Source: an uncultured Erysipelotrichaceae bacterium (GTDB taxonomy: Bacteria > Bacillota_I > Bacilli_A > RF39 > UBA660). Taken from it: a stretch of DNA of 62,519 nt. Positions 44,875-54,728 of this stretch are shown piece after piece. The translations under genes were made by a program, and so were the position numbers. The stretch spans positions 1 through 62,519 of the forward strand of contig CADBUX010000003.1 of the NCBI GenBank assembly GCA_902797995.1. The letters are read 5' to 3'. Below the pieces are notes generated by a model. It was not told the origin of the DNA, ran no database searches, and worked only from the letters and a program-made list of their open reading frames with translations. Within the stretch, counting starts at the first letter, position 1. Each line of letters opens with the position of its first letter.

Positions 44875-47025
44875 ATGAACGAAAATATAATAAAACAAAT
44901 GACAAATAGTTTAAATGTAAGAGAAAATCAAGTAAAGAATACGCTTCATCTTTTAGAAGAAGGTAATACAATACCATTTATAGCAAGATACAGAAAAGAG
45001 GCTACAAATGGACTTAATGAGGTACAAATAAAAGAAATTGCCGATGTTTATAATTATGAAGTTAATCTTTTAAAGAGAAAAGAAGATGTTATTAGATTAA
45101 TAGACGAAAAAGGACTTTTGACTCTTGATTTAAAGCAAAGAATACTTAGTTGTTCTAAACTTGTTGAAGTTGAAGATTTATATCGTCCATATAAAGAAAA
45201 GAAAAAAACTAAGGCAACTGAAGCTATAGCAAATGGTCTTGAAGGCCTTGCGAAAATAATACTTAGTTTTCCGATTGGTAAAACGCCTTTAGAGATTGCT
45301 TCTTCTTTTAAATGTAAAATTGAAGATAATGATAAAAAACTTGAGGGTGCTTCATATATAATTGCTGAATATATTTCTGATAATGCTTATTATAGAAAGT
45401 ATATTAGAGGCTTTTTCTTTAGAAATGGTGTTGTTAGTTCAAAACTAAAAAAAGGTAAAGATAAGGAAGATGAAAATAGGATTTATGAGATGTACTATTC
45501 TTTTGAAGAACCTGTAAAATTTATAAAACCTCATAGAGTGCTTGCTCTTAATCGTGGCGAAAAAGAAGGAATTTTATCTGTTTCTTTGAAGATTGATAAT
45601 GAAGCAATAGAAAAGTATCTTGAAGATAAAATAATAAAAAACAAAGATTCTTTAGTTTGTGATTTAGTTAAAGTTGCTATTAAAGATAGTTTAAAAAGGC
45701 TTATTCTTCCTTCGGTAGAAAGAGAAGTAAGAAGTGAGCTTACTGATAAAGCAAGTGAAGTATCAATAGAAAACTTTTCTGAAAACTTAAAAAATTTACT
45801 TTTAACACCTCCGATGAAGGAGATTACTGTATTAGGATTTGATCCAGCTTTTAGGACAGGTTGTAAACTTGCAGTTCTTGATAAAACAGGGAAAGTATTG
45901 GATATAAGCGTGATATATCCTCATGAACCTCAAAAGGAAGTAGAAAAATCTAGAAAACATATTCTTGATTTAATAAATAAGTTTCATATTGATGTAATAG
46001 CAATTGGAAATGGTACAGCTTCTCGTGAAAGTGAAGCATTTATATCTGATACGATAAAAGGTACAAACGTTAAGTATATAATTGTTAATGAAGCAGGTGC
46101 CAGTGTTTATTCAGCTTCAAATCTTGCTATAAAAGAGTTTCCAGATTTAAATGTATCGGAACGTAGTGCAATAAGTATTGGAAGAAGACTTCAAGATCCT
46201 TTATCGGAACTTGTAAAGATAGATCCTAAGTCTATAGGAGTAGGGCTTTATCAGCATGATGTAAAACAAAAAGAACTTTCTGAAGCTTTAGACTTCGTAG
46301 TTCAAACGATAGTTAATCAGGTTGGAGTAAATATTAATACTGCTTCTAAAAGTATTCTTTCATATTTATCAGGGCTAACTTCTAAAACAATAGATAAAAT
46401 TATAGAAATTCGCGAGAAACTTGGAAAATATACAAGTAGGGAACAAATAAAGAAAAGTGCTAAGTTATCAGATAAGGTATATGAACAAGCAATAGGATTT
46501 ATTAGAATAAATGATGGTATTAATCCACTTGATAAGACTGCAATCCATCCTGAAAGTTATGATAAAACTTATAAAATTCTTGAAATGATTGGCTCAAATA
46601 CTTCTGAGCTTGGAACAGATACTTTAAAGCAAAAACTAAAAACTATTGATAAAGATAAACTAAAAAATGAACTTGGTGTTGATGTTTATACTCTTGAAGA
46701 TATAATTACAAACTTGGAAAAACCTTTACTAGATCCTCGTGATGAACTTGTTAAACCTATTTTAAAAAGTGATATTTTAACTATCGATAATTTAAAACCT
46801 GGTATGAGTTTGGAAGGAACTGTCAGAAATGTTGTAGACTTTGGAGCCTTTGTTGATATTGGCCTTAAAAACGATGGGCTTATTCACATTTCTAATATGA
46901 GTAATTCTTATGTAAAGCATCCTAGTGATATTTTGCAAGTTGGAGATATAATAAAATGTAAAGTACTTGAAATAAATAAGGAAAAAAACAAGGTTGCATT
47001 AACATTAAAAGACAACATTATATAA
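44875..47025 (+). CDS. tex: Tex-like transcription accessory protein (YqgF/RuvC-like, HhH and C-terminal S1 domains)
   Basis: N-terminus TIPFIARYRKEATNGL, YqgF-like VLGFDPAFRTGCKLAVLD, C-terminal S1 GTVRNVVDFGAFVDIG...GLIHIS. Confidence 0.92.
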   Translation: MNENIIKQMTNSLNVRENQVKNTLHLLEEGNTIPFIARYRKEATNGLNEVQIKEIADVYNYEVNLLKRKEDVIRLIDEKGLLTLDLKQRILSCSKLVEVEDLYRPYKEKKKTKATEAIANGLEGLAKIILSFPIGKTPLEIASSFKCKIEDNDKKLEGASYIIAEYISDNAYYRKYIRGFFFRNGVVSSKLKKGKDKEDENRIYEMYYSFEEPVKFIKPHRVLALNRGEKEGILSVSLKIDNEAIEKYLEDKIIKNKDSLVCDLVKVAIKDSLKRLILPSVEREVRSELTDKASEVSIENFSENLKNLLLTPPMKEITVLGFDPAFRTGCKLAVLDKTGKVLDISVIYPHEPQKEVEKSRKHILDLINKFHIDVIAIGNGTASRESEAFISDTIKGTNVKYIIVNEAGASVYSASNLAIKEFPDLNVSERSAISIGRRLQDPLSELVKIDPKSIGVGLYQHDVKQKELSEALDFVVQTIVNQVGVNINTASKSILSYLSGLTSKTIDKIIEIREKLGKYTSREQIKKSAKLSDKVYEQAIGFIRINDGINPLDKTAIHPESYDKTYKILEMIGSNTSELGTDTLKQKLKTIDKDKLKNELGVDVYTLEDIITNLEKPLLDPRDELVKPILKSDILTIDNLKPGMSLEGTVRNVVDFGAFVDIGLKNDGLIHISNMSNSYVKHPSDILQVGDIIKCKVLEINKEKNKVALTLKDNII

Positions 47026-47046
47026 AAAATGCATATAATGTATTAG

Positions 47047-47400
47047 GTGATTGCCGTGTCTTTAGAAAACTTTAAAAAGTTTGTTAAAACTAAACCAGCT
47101 CTTGCAAACTATGTAACAAATGGAGAAGCAACTTGGCAAAAGTTTTATGATATGTATGAATTATATGGAGAATCATCTCCAGTTTGGGATAAGTATTTAA
47201 CTAGTGCTAATACAATAACTCTTAAGGATGTGTTTGGAATGATAAAGAATATTGATGTGACCGAAGTACAAAATTCTATAAACTCTCTTCAAAAGGGTAT
47301 TAGTTATATTGAGGAATTAGTTAGATCTAAAGAAAAAGAGATTCCTGTTAGAAAGAGTACATATGAAGCAAGACCTTTATATAGATATTTTGATGACTAA
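47047..47400 (+). CDS. YlbD-like protein. The start may be GTG 47056.
   Basis: Small protein directly upstream of a YlbE-like ORF. The FKKFVK..P.L...V..GE.TWQ.FY..YELYGE pattern resembles YlbD by eye. Confidence 0.45.
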   Translation: MIAVSLENFKKFVKTKPALANYVTNGEATWQKFYDMYELYGESSPVWDKYLTSANTITLKDVFGMIKNIDVTEVQNSINSLQKGISYIEELVRSKEKEIPVRKSTYEARPLYRYFDD

Positions 47401-47621
47401 TGAATTTAAATTTACAATATAGGATCAAATCTAATCCAAATTATATAAGATTCTTAAGGGAAAATTCCTTATGGTATAAATACTTAAATAGAAGCCCAAA
47501 TTACTTTGCACAGTTTGAGAATGAAATGAAAGTAAAGTATAAGTTAACTTCGAAGGATAAGCTAGACAGATTCTCAGAAAATATTGATAGAGTATCACAA
47601 TTAATTGACATATTTTCTTGA
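47400..47621 (+). CDS. YlbE-like protein
   Basis: IKSNPNYIRFLRENSLWYKYLNRSPNYFAQFE resembles the YlbE family N-terminus. TAATG-type overlap with the previous ORF. Confidence 0.5.
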   Translation: MNLNLQYRIKSNPNYIRFLRENSLWYKYLNRSPNYFAQFENEMKVKYKLTSKDKLDRFSENIDRVSQLIDIFS

Positions 47622-47677
47622 AAATATGTCTTTTTTTTATAAGAAAAGTTTGTTATAATTTTAGTATAGGTGATTTT

Positions 47678-47851
47678 ATGAATAATAAAGGATTTGCTGT
47701 TAGCTCTATTATTTATGTATCAGTAGTATTATTATCACTAGTAATGTTAACAGCACTTGCGATAGAAAAGAATAAATATATAGATCAAAAAAAACTTGTA
47801 AATAATATAAATCAAAATCTATCTACTTGTTTAAAGGAGGGAACATGTTAA
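47678..47851 (+). CDS. small pilin/pseudopilin-like membrane protein (57 aa)
   Basis: MNNKGFAVSS followed by a hydrophobic helix (a prepilin-like KGF context but no Glu at +5). AGGTGA SD before ATG 47678. Confidence 0.45.
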   Translation: MNNKGFAVSSIIYVSVVLLSLVMLTALAIEKNKYIDQKKLVNNINQNLSTCLKEGTC

Positions 47852-48315
47852 TGAATAAAAAAGGATTTACTCTTATAGAACTTCTTGCTACTATAGTAAT
47901 ACTTTCTGTTATTGTAATGATAACTACTCCAAATGTTATGAACTTGGTAGATAATAGTAAAAAGACACTTTTTATAGATGATGCAAGAGAGTTTGCTTCA
48001 AAAGCAATATATTTATATAGTCAAGAGCAATATAAAAATGATGAAAAATATTTTGAAAAACTAGATTATGGTACATATAAAGTATATTTAAAAAATATAG
48101 ATTCCCTTAAAGAAAAAAAAGATTCATATGGTAATAAGTATAATTTCGGTTCTAGTTATGTTACCATTTCGGAACCCTTAAGTGAAGAGGGGTTAAATGA
48201 AAGAGAAGTTAGAATATATATAGAATCGTGTGATAATAATGGAAAATGTCATTATATATGTAATGAAAGTATATATGATTTAAATAATAATTCTATAAAG
48301 AAATCTTGTGGTTAA
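47845..48315 (+). CDS. type IV pilin / ComGC-like prepilin with an N-terminal cleavage-methylation motif
   Basis: MLMNKKG|FTLIELLATIVILSVIV canonical prepilin signal. AAGGAGG SD. Overlaps the previous ORF stop. Confidence 0.8.
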   Translation: MLMNKKGFTLIELLATIVILSVIVMITTPNVMNLVDNSKKTLFIDDAREFASKAIYLYSQEQYKNDEKYFEKLDYGTYKVYLKNIDSLKEKKDSYGNKYNFGSSYVTISEPLSEEGLNEREVRIYIESCDNNGKCHYICNESIYDLNNNSIKKSCG

Positions 48316-48357
48316 TAGAAAAGCTTTTCTTTTTTTGTAGTAAAAGAGGTGATAGCA

Positions 48358-51300
48358 ATGGCTAATAATAAAGATAGAAATATTTATATGAATGATGGTA
48401 TAGAAACTGTTGGTGATGGTTTAGATGATGGTCAAGCAAATCAAGCAAAAAGTGTTAATTCTCCAATTCCTAGAGTTAGTACTCTACCAACTGGCAATCC
48501 TAATAATGATATGGCTAGGGGAGTTGGAAAAAGAATTGGTGATGATTTGCATTCAAATAGTAAAAATAATGGTATTTCTGCTGCTGATAATAATGAAATA
48601 GTGAAGAAAGATAATAATGCACCACAAAATAGTGTTGGTAACCCTGCTACTGGTACTGTTAAAACAAGTAATAATAATGATTTTGATAAAAAAAGAAATG
48701 ATATTGGTTCTGATAGAAAAAGTGTTAGCATTAGTAATTCTTCTAATGGGACTGAGTCTAATGTGCTCACTAAAATAGGCAATAGATTATCTAATTCGAG
48801 ATTGGCTATTACTGCAAAAAGTGGCTTGTCTAAAATAGGACTTGGTGAAAAGGAAGGTTTGGAAAAAAAAGAAAACGATAATGAAGAAAATTCTGATGGT
48901 GATTCTCATAATCAAACACAGAATAGTGAAAATATGGGATTACAATTAGTTAAATTTAAAATTAGTGCTTCTTTTTTATCGATTGCATTTATTCTTTTAT
49001 TACTTTTTCTTTTATTCATTATCATTTTTACTGCTTTATTAGCAGTTTTTGAGGATGATGAAAACTCAATGTGTGGGAAATATGGTAGTTATTCAGGCTC
49101 TGGAGATGTTTTGGAATTTATGTGTGGAATGCAAAGCCCTGTTAAGGATTATGTTGTTACCAGTAAATTTGGTTATAATGTTGATGATGTGCATTCTGGT
49201 AGACTTCATGCTGGTATAGATTTAGGTGTTTCAACTGGGACTCCAGTTTATGCTGCACAAAGTGGTACAGTTGTTGGTACAGACACAAGTAGTGGATATG
49301 GACATGATGTTGTAATTGATCATGGCGGTGGTATATTTACTAGGTTTGCCCATAATTCTAAATTACTTGTTTCAAAAGGTGATATAGTTACTCAAGGACA
49401 ACAAATTGCAGAAGCAGGCAGTACGGGTCATTCAACTGGGCCACATGGACATTTTGAAATAATGAAAACAACTCTTAAAGATCTTTTCTCTGGTTACCAA
49501 GATCTTAATGCTTATTTCGTAGATAATGACAATTTTATGAAATCTTGTGGTTCAAGTGCCACTGTTAATGTTGCAAACTATGCAACTGGAGTTACATCAA
49601 CTCAAGAATCTTATAGTTCATTAAAAACTTTAAAGACATTATCTAAAAGCACAGGAACTACTAAATCAATTAGCGTGTCTGGGCGAAATCCTCAATCGTT
49701 TGCTTATAATAACGGATTTTATTATGTGCAATGGATAGCATCAGGTTCTAATGGTAAAGATGGTTATATTTATAAATATGATAGTGATATGAAGAAAAAA
49801 TATTCATCATCAAGTATTCAAGCAGTTGGTCATGGTAATGGAATGACTTTTTCTACTAAAAACAATAAATTATATTCTGTTACAGTTTCAGGAATTCGTG
49901 ATAATAAGATAGCTAAGATAATTGATCCAGATAGTTTACAGATTAATAATAGCAAAAGCTTGGGACATGGTACTTCTGGAATAGCTTATGACAGGATAAC
50001 TAATAGATTTATTACTTCTTCTGGCGCTTATGATGGTGGTGCTTCGAGTACAGGGTATTTATATGTTTATAACTCTGATTTATCTAAACAAGTAGGGGCT
50101 AAGTCTATTGCTAAGAAGCGTTGGAAAACACCTGGTGATATTGCTGCATATGGTGGCATAATATATGTAACTATTTCTTCATATGGTACAAGTGGTAGTG
50201 GTAATTACATAGATATGTATAATGAAGATAATGGAGATTATCTAGGAAGTTATAGTGCTCCTTATAGTGAACTTGAAGGTATTGATATAAATGATAAAGG
50301 AGAAATAGTTTTATTGTTTCATTCATCTGATTTTATACAATTTACAGGAATTAAAGCTAATATTATAAATGGTAGTAGTGATTCTAGTAATACTTCTAGT
50401 GGTAATCAGTGTTGTGTTACTACTGTTACTAGTTCTGGTGGTGGTAATTATTGCCCAAATGGTATTACAGTAACTGGAAAATACGCTGGTACATATGAAT
50501 TAGATGATTATATTGAAAGAGTTGTTACTGCTGAAAATGGTGGAGCACATCCTGAGGCACTTAAAGCATTAGCGGTTGCTGCTAGAACTTATGCGTTAAA
50601 TAAAACAGATAACTGTAAAAATAGTATTGAAAACAGTACTTCTTCACAAGTAATGGCAGAAAAAGCATCAGATAGAGTTAAAGACGCTTTAGCGAATGTA
50701 AAAGGTTCAATAATGCTATATAATGGAAAATATTTTTCAGCACAGTATAGTAGTTTTTATGGTAGTTGCAACGGAACGCAATGTACTAGTACTTTTATTA
50801 AAACTCCATCAGACGAAAAAGCAACATTTACAATGCCTTATACGTATTTAACAACAGCAGCTAATGCTGGTCATGAATATGGTTTAAGTCAGAATGGTTC
50901 TCATTATATGGCTACTGTTCAAGGTAAAACTTATGATGAAATACTTAGATTCTTCTATGCTGATGGTATAGAAATAACAGGTGCTTCTGGTAATTCTTGT
51001 TCTTTAGGAGGAAGTGGAACATTCCAAGGTGGTAAGATTTGGGATTATAGTCAAGCAGATTATGATGATCCATATTGTGGAGGTACTATTGCAACACATG
51101 GTTGTGGACCAACTTCTATGGCTATAGTAGTATCAACACTTTTGAATGAGAAGCATGATCCTTCAGAACTTGCAAAAGCATCAAGTGTTTGCTCTACTGA
51201 TAAACATACATATTTTACTGAGGCTGCTAAAAAGTATGGCTTAAAAGCTGTTACTACTAAAGAACATGAGGAAGTTATGACTGCTCTTAATCGAGGTGAT

Positions 51301-51540
51301 TCCTTAGTTATTGCCAATGTTACTAATGCGACAGTGGATGGTCTTAATAATTTTTGGACTGAAGAAGGACACTATATAGTACTGGCAGGACATTCTGGAA
51401 GAGATGTATGGGTTCAAGATCCTAACAAAGGTATAGCAGGTGTTAATAGAGCAAATACTAAAGGTGATGGTGTTTATAATTTTGATAAATATATAAAGCC
51501 AGCAGCTACAGTAGGGTATATTATTATTAAAAAAGCTTAA
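48358..51540 (+). CDS. large membrane-anchored multidomain cell-wall hydrolase. Domains in order: disordered N-terminus, TM helix, M23 peptidase, repeat/propeller-like region, SpoIID-like domain, C-terminal Cys-His (C39/papain-like) peptidase domain.
   Basis: M23: HAGIDLGVSTGTPVYAAQSGTV ... GSTGHSTGPHGHFE. SpoIID-like: YIERVVTAENGGAHPEALKALAVAARTYAL ... SQNG. C-terminus: GCGPTSMAIVVS ... GHYIVLAG. TM helix FLSIAFILLLLFLLFIIIFTALLAV. Confidence 0.75.
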   Translation: MANNKDRNIYMNDGIETVGDGLDDGQANQAKSVNSPIPRVSTLPTGNPNNDMARGVGKRIGDDLHSNSKNNGISAADNNEIVKKDNNAPQNSVGNPATGTVKTSNNNDFDKKRNDIGSDRKSVSISNSSNGTESNVLTKIGNRLSNSRLAITAKSGLSKIGLGEKEGLEKKENDNEENSDGDSHNQTQNSENMGLQLVKFKISASFLSIAFILLLLFLLFIIIFTALLAVFEDDENSMCGKYGSYSGSGDVLEFMCGMQSPVKDYVVTSKFGYNVDDVHSGRLHAGIDLGVSTGTPVYAAQSGTVVGTDTSSGYGHDVVIDHGGGIFTRFAHNSKLLVSKGDIVTQGQQIAEAGSTGHSTGPHGHFEIMKTTLKDLFSGYQDLNAYFVDNDNFMKSCGSSATVNVANYATGVTSTQESYSSLKTLKTLSKSTGTTKSISVSGRNPQSFAYNNGFYYVQWIASGSNGKDGYIYKYDSDMKKKYSSSSIQAVGHGNGMTFSTKNNKLYSVTVSGIRDNKIAKIIDPDSLQINNSKSLGHGTSGIAYDRITNRFITSSGAYDGGASSTGYLYVYNSDLSKQVGAKSIAKKRWKTPGDIAAYGGIIYVTISSYGTSGSGNYIDMYNEDNGDYLGSYSAPYSELEGIDINDKGEIVLLFHSSDFIQFTGIKANIINGSSDSSNTSSGNQCCVTTVTSSGGGNYCPNGITVTGKYAGTYELDDYIERVVTAENGGAHPEALKALAVAARTYALNKTDNCKNSIENSTSSQVMAEKASDRVKDALANVKGSIMLYNGKYFSAQYSSFYGSCNGTQCTSTFIKTPSDEKATFTMPYTYLTTAANAGHEYGLSQNGSHYMATVQGKTYDEILRFFYADGIEITGASGNSCSLGGSGTFQGGKIWDYSQADYDDPYCGGTIATHGCGPTSMAIVVSTLLNEKHDPSELAKASSVCSTDKHTYFTEAAKKYGLKAVTTKEHEEVMTALNRGDSLVIANVTNATVDGLNNFWTEEGHYIVLAGHSGRDVWVQDPNKGIAGVNRANTKGDGVYNFDKYIKPAATVGYIIIKKA

Positions 51541-51550
51541 GGAGGCAAAC

Positions 51551-52285
51551 ATGAAGAGAATTTTTGGGTTATTAATTGTAATTTTCTTTTTGACAGGCTG
51601 TAGTGCTACTGTGAATGTTTCTATTGATAAAGATACTGTTTCAGAGACAGTACGTGTTTCTGAACAGAATGTAAATAAATACAATCAAATTAAAAATTGG
51701 GGTGGTTTTCCTGTACCATTATATTATGATCAAGAACTTGATGCACCTTTATGGATGCCTAACAGGAATAAGGAAGCTGGAGTTCCGTATTATAATGTTT
51801 CTTTTGATCAGGCTACTAAGACATTAGTTGCATCTGGTAAGTTTTCCAAAAATCAACATAATCGTTCTTCAATTGTTAGAAGATGTTTCAAACTGTATAA
51901 TGTTATTTCTGAAGGAGATAAAACTATTTTTTCTACTAGTAATGGTTTAATTTGTGCTTTTAAAAATTTTGATATTGTAGTTAATACTCCATATACTGTT
52001 GTTGCTAATAATGCTAGTAAAGTTGATACTGATACTAATACTTATACTTGGAGTGTTAATGATTCAAATGCTAATGATATTGGTGTATATTTAGAAATTG
52101 ATTTTTCTAAAAAATATAATGAAACTGAAACTAATTATGGTGACAACAATGAAACTTCGAATCAACAAAAAGGTGAGAATACTAGTAGTACTTTAATATA
52201 TATATTTATTATTGTTTCTATTATTATACTTGCTGTTGGAGGAATTTACTTATACAGAAGAAAACAAAAAGTTTCAAGTTTGTAG
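51551..52285 (+). CDS. lipoprotein with an additional C-terminal transmembrane anchor
   Basis: Lipobox FLTGC, C-terminal helix LIYIFIIVSIIILAVGGIYLY followed by RRKQK. AAGGAGG SD. Confidence 0.6.
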   Translation: MKRIFGLLIVIFFLTGCSATVNVSIDKDTVSETVRVSEQNVNKYNQIKNWGGFPVPLYYDQELDAPLWMPNRNKEAGVPYYNVSFDQATKTLVASGKFSKNQHNRSSIVRRCFKLYNVISEGDKTIFSTSNGLICAFKNFDIVVNTPYTVVANNASKVDTDTNTYTWSVNDSNANDIGVYLEIDFSKKYNETETNYGDNNETSNQQKGENTSSTLIYIFIIVSIIILAVGGIYLYRRKQKVSSL

Positions 52286-52293
52286 GAGGTCTT

Positions 52294-53055
52294 ATGAAAA
52301 CTAGATATTTATTTTTAATAATTTTTATATTACTGTGTTCTATATTTAGTAACGTAGATGCTAGTAGTATTGATTATAATTTACGTATAGATAACTCTTT
52401 GCACTTTTATGAGACTATTACATATAATGTTGATAAAAAAGATGTAAAAAAAGATGGTAATTATAGTTTTCTAACTTCTATAGTAAACGATCCTATATAT
52501 TTTGATTTAAATGAGGAAATCAAATATGATAAAAATAAAAAGGATATTACTAATGGTTATCTTGTAACACTTAAAAATGATTATTCGTATTTGTTTTTAT
52601 CTAAAAGCAGAATAATTAATGAGTGTTTTGTCAATAAGAGATTTGATAATAACAATAATTATATTTCATTTGTGGCTTCTGATTTTTATTGTTTACATAG
52701 AGCTGATAATATAAAAGTGTCTATTAATACTGATTTAACAGTGTTAAGTTCGAATGCAAATTCTAGTGAAAACAACACTTATACATGGGATAATATAACT
52801 GATAATTTTACTGTAAACTTTAAAATTAAAGTTCCTAATATTGAAAGTGAGCCCATGGATGATATTAATAATACTGAAGATGGTAATGATGCTTCTGCTG
52901 TTGATGATAATGATTCACAAAATAAGGAAACTGAAAGAGAAAATCATCATATTAATAAATATGTTGCTCTTGGAATAGTTGGACTTGTACTAATTACAGG
53001 TTTGGGAGCAGTAATAGTTTTAAAAAGTAGAAGCAATAGTTTAAATAAAATTTAG
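52294..53055 (+). CDS. secreted protein with a C-terminal transmembrane anchor, paralogue-like to the preceding gene
   Basis: Signal peptide, a shared NTYTW block, an acidic Asn/Asp-rich linker, and C-terminal helix VALGIVGLVLITGLGAVIVL followed by KSR. Confidence 0.55.
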   Translation: MKTRYLFLIIFILLCSIFSNVDASSIDYNLRIDNSLHFYETITYNVDKKDVKKDGNYSFLTSIVNDPIYFDLNEEIKYDKNKKDITNGYLVTLKNDYSYLFLSKSRIINECFVNKRFDNNNNYISFVASDFYCLHRADNIKVSINTDLTVLSSNANSSENNTYTWDNITDNFTVNFKIKVPNIESEPMDDINNTEDGNDASAVDDNDSQNKETERENHHINKYVALGIVGLVLITGLGAVIVLKSRSNSLNKI

Positions 53056-53101
53056 TATAAAAAAGATAAATTCTTCCACAATATAGGTGGGAGGATTTTT
53101 T

Positions 53102-53749
53102 ATGAAAAAAATATTAATTTATTTATCATGTATTATGATTGTTATATTACTTTCTGGGTGCACAATGGATAATACACCAACAAAAAAAGTAGAAAACTTT
53201 GTAGATAATTATACATCTGGGAGTGATACTGTGTTAAACCAACTTAAAGAAATGGTAGATTCTGATTCTATGATGGATGATAATCAAAGAAATACATACT
53301 CTGATATAATGAAAAGACAATATAAAGATATGACTTACGAAATAAAAGATGAAACCATTAATGGTGATAATGCTACTGTTACGGCAGAGATTGAAGTATA
53401 TGATTATTACAAAGCAAATAAAGATGCTGAAACTTATTATAATAATAATCCAGATGAGTTTAAAAGTGATGATAATGAAGGTTTGGTAGATAAAGTAAAA
53501 GATGCTGCTTTAGATGCAGTGGATGGTGCTAAGGATGCAGTAGAAAATGGAAATAATAACGATAATAATACAAATGGTAATAGTTCTGATTCAAAATACT
53601 TAGAGTATAGACTAAATCAGTTAACTAATACTAAAGATAGAGTAAAATATACAGTTGATTTTACTCTAACTAAAGTAGATGGTAAATGGAAATTAAATGA
53701 TATCGATGATGCTACAAGACAAAAAATACATGGTTTATATGAACATTAG
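53102..53749 (+). CDS. lipoprotein of unknown function
   Basis: Lipobox LLSGC. GGTGGGAGG SD before ATG 53102. Confidence 0.6.
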   Translation: MKKILIYLSCIMIVILLSGCTMDNTPTKKVENFVDNYTSGSDTVLNQLKEMVDSDSMMDDNQRNTYSDIMKRQYKDMTYEIKDETINGDNATVTAEIEVYDYYKANKDAETYYNNNPDEFKSDDNEGLVDKVKDAALDAVDGAKDAVENGNNNDNNTNGNSSDSKYLEYRLNQLTNTKDRVKYTVDFTLTKVDGKWKLNDIDDATRQKIHGLYEH

Positions 53750-53763
53750 GACTTGTGTCCTTT

Positions 53764-54636
53764 TTATTTGTCTATAAATTTGTAATAGTATTCGTCGAAA
53801 GTTAAATCTGGATAATTGTCATGCATATCTTTAGCTACTTTTATTCCTACATATCTATAATGCCATGATTCGTAAATAAATCCATGAATATTTTCTTTAC
53901 CTTTTGGATACCTAAGAATAAATCCATATTTATAAGAATTATTTTGCATCCATCTAAAAGATGGTGTGTTTTCAAAATTTAGCATATTACCACTTTTGGT
54001 AGAACTTACATCAATTGTAAGACCTGTTTGGTGTTCAGAATGACCTGGTCGTGCGGTATCGCTATCTGCTTTTTCTTTACTAGTTTGTTTTATAGCATTA
54101 CTATAAATACTTTCTTGTTTTTCATATGATCTATAGCCACTTTGTCCATATACTGGTGTTTTATTTTCTATTGAATCATGACTTAATCTTTCAAACATTA
54201 TTTTTGCTTCTTTTTTTAACATTTTTGTATTTTGATTACCATTTATAAAGTATTCATTACTTATTTCTTCCAAATCGTTTGGTTCATAATGTTTGTCTAG
54301 TCTTAGATATTTATTAACTAGTACTAAATTATCTTTTCTTATGTCACTACTTTTAATATAACTATAAAAACCATAATCCAGTCCTATATTTACATGTGTT
54401 ACTACATCTTCATAGCTGAGTTCTTTATTCTTTTCATAATATCTTATATATCTTTCTGTATTTTCTTTTTTAAATGATTTTACTTTTTTAAATGGAGCAT
54501 AGCTATTAATAACTTCTACATTATCTTTAGAAATTAGTCTTTTTTCATATATTTTTGTTACGGAGAATAGAAGTATTCCAAAGATAACTAAAAATAATAT
54601 AACTATTAATCTTTTCTTATTACTAATAAAAATCAC
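53764..54636 (-). CDS. D-alanyl-D-alanine carboxypeptidase, VanY/M15B family, membrane-anchored. The start codon is uncertain.
   Basis: SGYRSYEKQ, PGHSEHQTGLTIDV, ESWHYRYVG zinc-peptidase motifs. N-terminal TM helix. Confidence 0.85.
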   Translation of the reverse strand: MIFISNKKRLIVILFLVIFGILLFSVTKIYEKRLISKDNVEVINSYAPFKKVKSFKKENTERYIRYYEKNKELSYEDVVTHVNIGLDYGFYSYIKSSDIRKDNLVLVNKYLRLDKHYEPNDLEEISNEYFINGNQNTKMLKKEAKIMFERLSHDSIENKTPVYGQSGYRSYEKQESIYSNAIKQTSKEKADSDTARPGHSEHQTGLTIDVSSTKSGNMLNFENTPSFRWMQNNSYKYGFILRYPKGKENIHGFIYESWHYRYVGIKVAKDMHDNYPDLTFDEYYYKFIDK

Positions 54637-54728
54637 CTCTTTTTAAACTACTTAATACTATTCATAAAAACATGAAATATAGTATTCTTTTTTTGATAAA
54701 TTTCTCATAACTATTAATAGGTGATTAA

